Below are positions 31,630-44,400 of a stretch of 48,722 nucleotides of DNA, in pieces (positions within the stretch are counted from its first letter, which is position 1; every line of letters starts with the position of its first letter). This stretch comes from Paraphysomonas bandaiensis (lineage: Eukaryota; Protista; Chrysophyceae). The notes beneath the pieces are model-generated. The model saw nothing but the letters and a program-made list of their open reading frames with translations, did no database searches and was not told where the DNA came from. The translations under genes were made by a program, and so were the position numbers. The DNA is taken from assembly GCA_965644295.1 (NCBI GenBank), contig CBFFRP010000308.1:1-48722 (forward strand), in the 5' to 3' direction.

Positions 31630-32406
31630 GTAACTATAAACTAATTTTAAGACAAATATCATTTAGTCTTATTAGCACTACTCTTACAACAGACATAAAA
31701 AGTATTGAAAAATACTAATTTTAACATATTGTACAAATTTCCCAAAATGTACCACAGTCAAAAGAACCATCCACTTATTACACATTTGTCATACAGGACA
31801 CACCGCTCACAATAGTTTTCATACCATTGTAGATAGGTAGCCTAGCGACGAATGTGCCTCCCGCGGAAAGTCCCGACATAACGCTTCGTTATCGGAGCTG
31901 CTCTTATACCTGCGTTCTGGCCATCTTCATGTGATTAAACTCTGTACGAAATTGGCCATTCTGAAGAGCATCTGGTTTTCTTCCGTACCGCTAAAGTTTA
32001 CACAGAAGGCTCTCCATCCTTTGTATTTTTGTTAGCTTCCTGACTAATGGACTGCAGTTAATATATAGTCGCTTTTTATTATATGAGAGCCATACAGCTA
32101 TGAACTAGACCTTGCTATTATAGATGTCAGTGAATGAAAGTGTACAATGACGGGCCCGCCCTACCACCTGATCCCCGGTAAGAGAATGAAGTCTTTTCTC
32201 CCACTACCTTTTTGGTGCGCATATCCTTAGATACTCAAAGTCATCACGGTGACATATTGAATCTTCTAGAGCCAGGCTTATTCACGAATACACTTGACAG
32301 TCATACCAGTATTTTACTTACAACTAATGTCATCTATCTACAGTAAACTACCTCACCAATCCATTTTACAAGGTTAACAAAATACATCAATGTAAAATAC
32401 TTCTAT

Positions 32407-35400
32407 TTACTTGCGTGTTGCGTCACTATTTGATTTGATGTCATGATTGTAGCGATCTACAAATTCGGCAGGAAAGCCACCCTCCTGAGCGTACTGCTTT
32501 AGCCTTTCCTGAATGCTTCTATGTGCAAAGTATTCGGAATGTTTGGGTTTATCCTTGTTCGATGATAGCAAATTCGAACTTGAAAATTTATGCGACATAG
32601 ACGACGTCAAACTTGAACGTCGATTAGATGGAGTAGATGGCGCACCAGAAATATTCGCATCTACACTATGTTTGGATCGTTTATAGAGATCTTGAGACAG
32701 TATCCTCAAGTTTGTATAAAACTCAGCCATAAATTGAGGATCCAAATCATTAGAAATATCCGACGGGTTCACCTATTGGCGTGATATTAGAACATAAGTT
32801 TGCACAAAATTTCAGATACCTTGATGTGAGATAACGCGTGTATCGCTACCAACCCAAAGTCACCAGAAGACGACAAACGACTGCTGTGAATATACAATAC
32901 TTGAGAGCGCTCGTCAAATAGATAGCTGTTTTTAAAAGCGTTGTTTGAAACAGTTGAAGGAGGAAGTGCTCGAGCAGCTTTAATATCAATATGCGATAAT
33001 CCCAATAACTCGACAAGGTGACGTCCAAAATCCAATCGTGCGGCTTCTTGAACTGAGAGCTTCTCCTTATCAACTGGTACTAGTTCATCTCCTTGAGGTG
33101 GGTTGTTGATGTCAACGTAAACATCAGAATTCCATCGCGATGATAGTGTAGTCTCTTCATGTTTCCCTTGTGAACGCGTTGGAATGCCATGTGCCTCCAG
33201 CACGGCCATTACGCGATCTATTCTATTCAGTTTCTCCTCAATCAAATTGATCGATTGCACCAGAGCAGGGGATATCACACTAGCGCTATCAGCCGTGGTA
33301 GTGGTATTAAGGTCAGATTTCAAGCCAACATCCAGAACGGTGGACTCTGAAGTTGGTAGCGGCAATCCAGTGCGTCGCTCAACACCCCTTGGAGAATCAT
33401 AGTCCTTACTCTTGTTAATTGTTCTTCTTCTTTGCTCACGCCGGGCTAGGGTCTTATTCTTCTGAGTTACTCTTTCGCGGTCAAGTGCTTCTTGCTTTGC
33501 GGCCTCAGCTTCCTTAAACATTGTCACAATTCGTGAGCGCTCTTTAGTGTGAAGTGTTTCAGATGCAGCAGCTTGCTTCTTAGCAAACTCTTGTTTACTA
33601 CGCTCTATCTCTGCCTCTTCCATGCTCTTCTGCCTTTGCAATTCATCTTTTAGTTTTTTTAAGTGCTCTTCGTGTTCAGCACGCAATTGGGCCTCTCTCT
33701 CTTCTCTCTCTTTCACAATCTTTTCTTCGCGAGCTTTCTTCTCCGATTCTAAACGGGCACGATATTCTGCCATTTCTTCAGCTTGAGATTTATTACTTAA
33801 TTCGCGTAATTTGGCAAGACTTTCAGTATCGGAGTAAAGGTTTATAGCTGATGAAACTTCTTCTAGTTGTCGTTGACGCAATGCCATCTGTTGCTTCATG
33901 TGATCTCGCTCCAGCATTAATATCGCAGATTCTTCGGCTTCTGCTTGTGTCTTACTGAATTTTGCATCCAAATCTCGCATAGAATGACTAATGAATTCCT
34001 CTGTAGACTTCCGTGCAACCAATTTTTCAAGAAGTCCAAACCTCGCTTCCGCTTTGTCCTGCATGACTTTTTCCATTGCACTCTTCAGTGCAGATTGTCG
34101 CTGAGCATAATGAATTTTCAACAATTCAGCCATTTCTGCAGAATGCCGCGAGCCCAAAATGGCTTGGGCAGCTTCACTGAGATGATTCTCTGGTACTAAC
34201 TTCTTCCCAAGGGTTTCTCTGAAACAATAGTCTTCTTTTGCACGACCGACTAGGTCCATGCTTTCTGCCGCTGCCTCCGCCTCTTTCAGCCTCTCAGTCC
34301 ACAACATCTTAGCTTGACGTAATCTCTCTTTCTCTTCCTTTTCTGCAGCTTGCTTCTTAGCGAGTTCCTCGAGCGCACGCTCCTCCTGCTCCCTCAGCTC
34401 GCGCTCCTTTCTCGCTCTTTTATCTGCCAAACGATTCTGTAGACGTCCTTTACCACGAAGTTTCTCATTCTCTTGCGCATCTTTTCGCTTCTTCTCTTCT
34501 CTTTCAAGCGATGTCCGCAATCGTTGGAGTTCTCGCTGGTTTGTTTCTTCCTCGTCGCGGGCCTTTTGCGAACGCTCAGCTTCAAGGACCGCTTCTCGTG
34601 CCGCTGCTGCAGCGGCTGCTAACTCTTTTTGTTTAGCATCATCAAAAGCCGTTTTCATTTCCCTCTCCTGTCTTTTCTTTAGTTCGTTCAAAGACTCCTC
34701 CAAATCTCGCTCGTGTTGCTCACGGAGTTCTGAAATTAACTTCGCCTCTTCTGCTGCACCCCATGAAAGCACATGCTCTCTATCCTCATCAGTACCACCT
34801 TCCTCATCAATCTGCTTTAGCTTTTTAGAAAGGCGAGATTCTAACCTAGCTTTTAAGTTGTCTGACTGTAAAGCGTAGTCGTGAGCAAGCTGATTTCTCA
34901 GCTGTTTCTCCGCAGCTTCGTGGTCTAAGCGCAGAGCATTTAATTTAGCTTGGGCTGCGGTACTATCTGCGACAGCAGCAACAGCTACATGGGCAGCTTT
35001 CTTATGCTCATCGTCCAAGATTCGAAGTATGCTCTCCTCCATTTCTTTCTTCTTTTGGCTGATCAAATCACTCTCTTCTTTCTTACACTTTTCGATTAAA
35101 TCAAGCCTCTGCGTTTCCAATGACCCGTCCATTTCCATTTCAATAGCACGGGGACTATACCCTTCTTCTTGCAGGACATTTCGCGCTTTCTCCCTATTAT
35201 TTGTCTGCTCTGCAGAGAGACTTTCCAAGTTAGCCTTTCTCTTTTCCAGCATTTCTTGCTGCAGTCTCATTATCTCTCCCTCATATTGACTACGAATATG
35301 AGCTATTCGATCCTCCGTCTGGTCTATTATAATCTTCGCCGCCTCGCGTGTCGCAGCAGCCACTGACAGTGCTGCATCCTCAGCTCTACACAAGTAGTCC

Positions 35401-38400
35401 CTCTCTTCTTTCCCAATGCTATTCCGCAAATCAATTGACTCCTTATTTTCCTTAAGTGCTAATTCGGTAGTTGTTTGAGCGACTTCCGATTCGGCAATGA
35501 TCCGCTTTTGAGTGGCCATAGCTTTCTCGAATTCAGAGGTTATGGCAGATTCAACACCTAACAAAACCTCATCTTCGTTATTAAATTCAGATGAAACTTG
35601 TTCTTCAGCTTCCATTATATTTTTACCACGTGCCAAGAGTTCTCGTTTTCTTTGTTCGCGCCGACGCTGCAGTCTCTCTTTTGTCATTGACTTAACTGCG
35701 GATTTTTTCACCTGAAAAGACATTTCCAACCCGTTCAGGGCCTTTTCATAGTCAAGCCTGTACTTCAGTAAGTTGTCATCCGCCACATTGTCAATGCTAT
35801 TTCTAAGGTAATCTTGAACGAGTCTAATTTCTTCGTTCATGGTATCAATGTCACATTGGCCCAATTTACATTCTTCTTCAGCAACCGCCACTGCTGCCTC
35901 TGCTGTCATGCCCTCCTTTAACAATTCATTCTGCACTTTCATCCTTTTATCACGTAACCGCTCATCAAGAATATCACGTTTTCTCTGATTCACTGATGTC
36001 AACCCATCTCTGAGGGCAGCAATGGTATCGTCTCTAGTGCGAAGAATATTACATTCATCTGCAGATGCTTCTTCGTCGATCCTTTCCAAAAGAGATTTCT
36101 CCTCGCCTGAAAACATATCATCAATTTCTTGCATCTCAGCAATTTCTTGAGATGACAACTCCGCATCGGCAATACGCTTTGCTTCACCCTCAGAAGTTCC
36201 TGACTCCTGTAGTTCTCGCTCACGACCAGATCTTCTCTTGGCCATTTCATTGCTCTTCACTCTTTTCAAATCATTCTTTTTTTGTAAGAGCTTTTCTCTT
36301 ATCTTCGACTTTTTATCGTTATATGTCTTAGAACTGCGTTGAATGTCATCCCTTGCTTGCAACTCAACTCTGTCAATTAGGTCTTTTTCTAACGTAGCAA
36401 GTGAATCTCGAAGACACTTTCTTTGTCGTTTTTCGCTATCTTCCAATTCATCAGTTGCAGCATTCTTTGCCTCCGTTTCCGACATACCCTGATCAAGATA
36501 TCGTTGCTCACATTCGGAGCGCCGTTGTGTTAACTCATCCTCTAATTTAGCATACTCTTTCTCCATGAACACTGGGATACCGCCTGCCAAGCACGCTTTC
36601 AGCTGATCTCTTCTTCTCTCGACACATTCAGAGCTCATATCCATAACAGTATGCAAACGGGATCTGAGGGTATTTTCTTCATCCGCTAACATCTGTTCCA
36701 ACTTTTTCTCTTCCGCCGTTTCGTATCGCTCAGATTCTGCTTGTGCTGTATGCTTTGCTTGAGATACCGATAAGCCATTCTGTTCAAGCTCTTTCTCTCG
36801 TGCTTTCCGTCTTAATGCCAACTTACTTTGAAGGAAATTTTTGGCTTCCATCTTCTTTTGCTTTAATTGCTCCTCAAGGCCAATCAAATCCCTTTCATAC
36901 TCACTTCGCTTGGCATCCACATCGCGTCGTCGCTTCACCTGAAACTCCAATAGCTCTTCAAGTTTATTGGTACGCGAAATTTCCATAACCATCGTCATAG
37001 CTTCAATTTCTTGCTGCTTATTATTTCTCTGTGTACGAATTTCATCTTCTACTTTGTCGAGGGCGGTCTGTTGGGCCAAAAACCTCTTAAATGCTTCGCA
37101 CATTTCATCGTGATATGCAACTGATTTTTCTGCAATGACAGCGGCCGAGTTCTGATCAAAGCTCAGCAATGCACTTGCTAATGCATCTTCCACTCGTAAC
37201 GATGATCTGGAGCGAATATCTTCTATTAAAGCACGGCGCTCATTGGCAAACTTCATATCAAGCTCGTCGCGGGCATCGTCATGTCGCTGCTTGATAGATA
37301 ACAATGCCTTACAGTAATCATTTTGAATTCGCTCCTTATCGCGCAGGTATTGTAACAATTCATCTTCCATTACTTTGGAATCGGAAATTATCTTTCGCTT
37401 TACATCCTCGATCTCAGCACATGTAGACTTCTCAATCTCATGGAACAATGTTTCCAACTCTTCTGGTGGCTTACCAAGAGTAACCCCACGTTTCTCTTCA
37501 AACTCACGATATGTGTGCGCCACTACCAATTTGCTATGAATTACACGAACCATTTCAGCACCAAATGATTGCTGCAAAAGAAACACCTGCTGGCAGTGCG
37601 ATAACTCCAGATCAACAGCCGGTAACTTCGCATCGGATGCGTGGCCCATAACCATCATAGCAGCATGGCGCTCTGTTAATTGCAAACTGGAGCCAATTGA
37701 GGTGTAAGCGGCATTGAGTTCGCATTCCTCTCTCTGTATTTCTGCATCAATCTGAACATCAGCATCGCCGACGACATATTCTGGTAGGTTCTTTGAGCGA
37801 TAAAGAGTCAATATATACTCTTTTTTTGCAAGAAGGGATGATATGACATCCTGTAAAACATTGCGTTGTGACTGTTCGGTGGATATTTTAATTTCAATAT
37901 CACGACGCGCACATCGAACTGTAGCCTTCGCGAGTTCCAACTCGTAATCAACAGGTGCGATTTTTTGATATTCCTTCTCTTCGGCAAGTTCTCGTTGCTG
38001 ATTACTAACTAAACTGTTGATTGAAAATGACGTGTCCATTTTCTGCATTTCCCGCATATCCGCAATCGCCTTACTGACAGTAGCTTCATCTGTTCCTAAC
38101 TTATTTAATTTGCTGAACAATTTCATCTCGGCGGCTTCTGCACGCAATTGGTTCTCAGTAGTCGCCAAACGTAATTGGCCATCGTGATATGAATGCAGAG
38201 CAATTAAAATTCTATCTTGAAGATGGCTTTGTTGATTCTTTGTGTCAATCATTGGACCCCAAGAAGTTGCCATTTCAAGCATCATGTTTATATCACTTTC
38301 AACTGTATCGATTATTTTCTGTTCCTCACATAAGCGTACATCATTTTCTTCCAACAGTGTTTTACAAAGTACTCGAACTCTGTCCATTATCTGATCGCGC

Positions 38401-41400
38401 ATATCGTTATCTTCAAATCGGGAAACTCTATGCACGATTTCATCCATTCTGAAATCACCTTCGTTAGCAACCAACTTTCTACTGCGCGATGTCAACAACG
38501 CAAGCATTTCTCTAACTTTCCTAAACTCGGACACCGTAATTTGCTTAAGCGACGTCATCTCCTCGTCTATGTTGACGAGACCAGGATTCATGTTCCAAGT
38601 TTCACGAATAGACACTTCAGCTGCTTCGGAAGCTTCACGATCCGCATTAAGCTCTTCATTCAAATTGTCCAGTGCTAGTTTCTCATCTGCATCAATCAAT
38701 AGCAATGCATCATGGAGCTCCGTTGAGGCGTATGAATGTACAAAATCATCAGAATTGCGAATATTATCCTTTTGATATTGTCGCCGTTTCTCCAATCGCC
38801 GCTCAGAATATTCACCATGGACCGTGAGAAACTTTATTCTCGCAATTACTCCGCAAAGTCGCATTTGAACTGCGTATCTTGTAGACGCAAGTGTCGCAAC
38901 CATAGATTCTTTGACAGATTCTGCGTCATCGGAAAGTCTTATCTTGGACTCTTGGCGCATGAGAGCATTAAGTCTGGTATTTCTTTCTGCTTCCAGTCGT
39001 TTAGCCAGAGTTTCTTTCTCTAATGCATGGCGAGAGGATATTCCATCGTCATCATCGGAATCATCATTCTTCATTACGAGATGACTAAGTGCGTCCTGGC
39101 ACCGCTCCTCCTCCATTTGTAATACACTATCTAGTCTCTTATTATCATTCTCTACATTTTCAATTAATTCCACTTTCTGAGCCTCTGTTAGCTTATCATG
39201 ATACTCAAGAGACCTCTCTAGCTTCTCGTGAAGAGCAGAGGTTCGACTTTCATGTTCACTACCCGAATCCTCTTCATTTAATGTTGCAAAGCGGAGAAGG
39301 GGAATATCAGATTTGCTTTGAGACGATTGTTTTCGAGTAGAAGTTTCTATCTCAACCTCACGTGGTGACAGGGAAATCGGAACCAACAGTCTATCAATTT
39401 CCGCTACCAACTCTTTTCGAAAGCAATCCGCTTCCACGTGTGCAAGCTCTAGTCTATGTTTTCTCTGTTCGGACTTCGGTAGTAGCAAATGTAGTGCCTC
39501 ATAGAGATCGGAAAGATATGATGCCAGCGTATCCATTCGAGAATGTTTCGCTTTATCCAAGATAGATTGGTTTCCAAGGTCCATAGAATTCATCAGCTCG
39601 CGGCCTAACGAACTTTCGGCAGAAACCATAACACTGACAAGTTTCGGAATTCTCTGTGAGAAGGCTTTGAACGCACTGACCAAATCATCAGTTGCATTGT
39701 CAGTTTCAACATCGGCAGTCATGCATTTATCGATTCCGTCCAAGATCGCTTGAGGTAGCTCTATGTTGCTTGCCTTCAACGTCTGCTCGAAAGTGCTTTG
39801 CGCATTCTTGTGTCGTCGATCTTCGTCACCAATAGATTGCGAAAGTGATGACTCAACATATTCCTTTATGCTTTCTAATTCTTGAATCATACCGTGTAGA
39901 ATAGTAGATTCCAGTTGAGACTGTGTGTTCTGGTGGTTATATGCTATCGCAACCTCGTCACCTACTTCATCAACAATAGCTCTTGCTACACTTTCCGGCC
40001 CTTCATCAAGAAGTTTCTGTAATCGCCCAAATGCTTGAAGTATGCGTGCTTGAGTCGTATTGACACCTGTTTCATACATAGCTCGATTAGACAAGTCGAC
40101 CTTCAATCGAGAGAGAAGAGCATGTAACTTTCTAGCGCTGAGACCAGAATTTGAACCGCTTCCCATATCAATGGCCGTCATTGTCAAAAGATTTTTTAAA
40201 TCATCAACTTCTCGCTTTAAAGAGTTTTGTAAATCGGTTAAAAGGTCTTGATGAATATGCATCTGGCGATCCATTTCATCATGATGAGATTGCATGTGCT
40301 TCGCAAGCTCAGGAACAAGCATATCATCATCGAACTCTAGATCAAATGCTTCTTTGGCAGCAGCTGCCGCTTCTAAATCGTCCTCATTGCCAGGAACACT
40401 GACGGCGGATGGCGCAACTTGATTCAATCGTGGTGTTTTCTTCGAGTGGAATCCACCTTTCGATGACTTTACTTCTCCTTTTTTGTTTCTACTGCGAGCT
40501 TTGCTGTCAATATCAAAATGTGAAGACCACGCTTTCTTTCTGAAGTAGTACATGAAGCTAATTAATACAAGGACAAGCCCAAGCATACCCAAGAGCAAAC
40601 CAAGGACCAAATCCCAATCAGGAGATAAAACGATGTTGTCATTCGATGTCACTCCAACGGTGATCAAATTGCTTTCAGTGAACTCCACAAAATATGACTC
40701 TGTAGAACAATTCACATTACTTGGCATAACCGTAACAATGATCAGATTACTGGGTGTTGATGACATCCGGAACACATATGTTCCAGCAATGGAAAATGTT
40801 ACAGAGAAAGACGAAATTACGAGTGAACTTGAAGCAGCGGATACTAAATCACGGAATGATCCGTAATCGAAATTTTCATTTGTATTGAGCAGGGAGTCCT
40901 TAACATATTCCGGGTAGTCAGTGTTCGAAATGTCAAACACAATAGAATCACCCAACTTGAGACAAACAAGGGGGTTGGGAATAGTCACAGACGAATTCGA
41001 TGAATTGGAGCTCTGCAAGTGCCTACGATAGTCAGGCTTCTCAACTAGATACAATGTCTCAAACTGAGATACGTTTTCCTGCTCGACCCGGAATCGAAGA
41101 TCGGTGTTGAGTGTAGCATATATGTCGTTTGTAGCACCCAGTCTACGTCTCCTCCTAGACAATTCAGTAGACAATGTCTCGCCCAAACCGAAAGACCCAC
41201 TGAATGATCCACCACTTGTTGACATTGAGTAAATATTACTGTCAGGAATAGAACAATCAATTGAACCTTCAGAAACGATACCCGACAAGTCCAGAGTGTC
41301 AGTTTCTCCACTCACAGGATCGGTAATGACCACATTACCATCCGAATCGCATGTTGCTTTGATGACATTTTCTCTGCAATCATTATCACAAATCTCATCC

Positions 41401-44400
41401 AAAGTAGGAAGTCCATTGCACTCGCAAGTTCCAGTGGACTCGATAAAGGTACCGCCCACAGATCCACATTGTTCATTACAGTAGTCTTCACTGTTAACGC
41501 ATTCACCGGTAGATGACCTCCTCTGTCCATCCCTGCAGCGACTGTATACAATAGGCTGACAATCGTACTCCCCATCTTCCTCTGATGAGACCACTAAGTT
41601 CGAGTCCACAAACTCGTAACCTGGGCGACAAACACACCATCCGTCGGTGGGCTGGAAAATTCTATTCTGTCCTTTACATGTACAAAGAGTAGAGCCTACA
41701 ACGGATGTACTGCTTGATGAGCATTTATAACACGAATCTTGTCCTTCTTCATTCTGATAGAATCCCGCAGCACACTTGGTGCATGCTGTTTCATTTGACT
41801 CCCCAAAATTCGGTTGATATGTTCCCACTGGACACAAGCTTTCTACATGTGACCCGGCAGGGCAGTACGCACCTTTAGGGCATATATAACCATTTTCTTC
41901 ATCGGAATTCGGCGTTGCAGATGTAGTTGCTCCCTCGCATACATATCCGGGGGGGCAAGTCGAGCATGTTAAACGCGACTCATCAGTACCATACTCCCCA
42001 GGTGGACAAGCCTCACATGCAGTTTCTTCTGATGATAACACCTCAAATGTGAAGTTACTTTCATCAACTGCTTTGTATCCCAGCGCACACATATATGGAT
42101 AGGCGGTGCCATTCGGACAGTATGTTCCTCTGAAGCAAGGAACTGGGTCTGTAGTCTGTTGAGGACAATAATAGTTTTCTGGACACGTGCGGGGGTACGT
42201 AGACTTCGCGGGACAGAAATAGCCAGGTGGGCACACAGTTGTGTTCACAGATCCAGCAGGGCAGTACACTCCATTTGGACACGAGAAATAAACGTTCGTT
42301 TCCCTAGGACAATAATGACCACCAGGGCATTCATAGCACTCTTCTAAACTTCCTGCCCCCACTTGGTCCCTGTAACTTCCAGAAGGACAAGGTAAAGGTG
42401 TTGTGCTACCATTCAAACAAAAGTGACCCACCGGACACGGCCACTCATTGGGATTCGATATACCTGTAGCATTACAAAACGCCCCAGCAGGACATATCAA
42501 GCAATCATCAAAGCCTGACTGAGATTGAGATGGATTATATCGGCCCTCTGGGCAAGCTATTCTGCTCTCACCAAGAGGACAGTAGTATCCAGGTTCACAT
42601 GGCTCCGGAACAGGGTCGCCATCATAGCAGACGTATCCTGCTGGGCAAGGACCACAGTCGTCAGGGCTAGCTCCGAACATTTCCAATCGAACAGTTGTGT
42701 TCTCACAAGGAAAAGGATCTGATGTTCCGCTGTAACAGTAGTGGCCAGGTGGGCATTGTCCTCCATCTTGTGCAGTTAAGAACTCAAGTATAGACGCAGG
42801 GTCCTCGTCATAAGCTGCAGTGTCGTGCAGCGGAGTAGGAGTACCCTGTCCGCTACGACAGAAATATCCTGCCGAACACTCCCCTGTAATCGTTCCATCA
42901 ACACAGTAGTATCCTGCTGGACAGGATGCGCATTCATCAGCACTTGTCAGATTTACAGCTGCTCCATATGTCCCGTTTGGACAAAGAGTGGGTACACCAG
43001 AACCTTCGGGACAATAATTTCGCAGTGGGCAATCTGCAGGGAACGTCGAATTTCCAGGACAAAGTGTGCCAGCTGGGCACAGTGGACATGTTTCAACTCC
43101 AGTGGTGGGATTGTAAGTTCCGGCAGGACAACCTTCTGGCTCTGCAGAGCCTCGTGGACATTGCGTTGATGAAGGACAAGAATACCCTCCAATACCATTG
43201 ATAGGATAAGGTGTGGAGGCACCGCCAGTACAAGCCTGCAAAAAATGTCATGCGCATGAAAAAAAGAACGAACAACCTACATGTCCTCCTCCACAGAGCC
43301 CACCCGACACACCATCCGTAGGTACTGGCGTGTTAGCTCCGTAAGAACAATAGTGACCCGGACTACATAATCCTTCAGGTTCTACTAAACCAGTGCTCGC
43401 ACAAAACCAACCCGGGGTACACTGTATATACAATCACACATATAACAAACTATTTATCTTAGTACTTACATTGGAGCATTCGCTTGGGTACTTCAAGCCA
43501 TATAAATCGCTGAATGTACCGACAGGACAGGGGAAATCGGTGAAGTTAGCAAGTCCTGGAGGACAGTAATAACCAGGTTCACAAGGTAACGCAGCCCGCA
43601 TAGCAAAATGAGGGCAATATGAACCAGTAGGACATACATCACAAGAATACTGTCCAGACATATTCTGCAATGAACCTGGAGAACAGGGGAACTCAGTTGC
43701 ATACTCTGTCATCGATGGACAGTAGTAACCCGGTGGACACTCAACTGGAGTTGTCGTATTCACCTCACAATAATATCCAGCAGGACATGACTTACACGTG
43801 TCATTACCCCTCTCATCCTGATATGTTCCCGCCACACATGGTATCGGATAGTCTGATCCAACAGGACAGTAATGACCCGTAGGACACACCAAATCATCGA
43901 AATCTGTAGGATTCGAAGTACCACTCGGACAATAATATCCAGCCAAGCATTGTCGTGTAGCCAAAACAGTTCCATTCAGAGGACAATAGTAACCCTTCAC
44001 ACAAGCCTGACACTCCCCAACTGATGTCAAACCCAGTGATGATGTATTCGTACCAGGAGGACACTGGACTGGAGATGGTGAACCCTCCGGACAGTAGTGA
44101 CCAGGAGGACATATATCATTCGTAGAATTCGCATCCACCTCCACACAAGTCTCTCCAGAGTAGCTCACATGGAAACCATCACTATCATGTGGACTGGATA
44201 CGGCTGAACCACCTCCACAATAATAACCAGAACTGCATGGAGCCGATGGCTCCAACAATGCCACTGCACCACAATACATACCAGGAGTACACTCCTGACA
44301 ATCCCACACTGAACCCAGACTCGATGCATTGCTATACGTACCATTAGGACAGGGGAACTCAGTTGCATACTCTGTCATCGATGGACAGTAGTAACCCGGT

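Noticed and set aside
31830-32400. Intron-like GT...AG segments on the minus strand downstream of the giant gene
   Set aside because: I could not build an open spliced frame; the gene has a stop at 32407. Possibly UTR or a relic.
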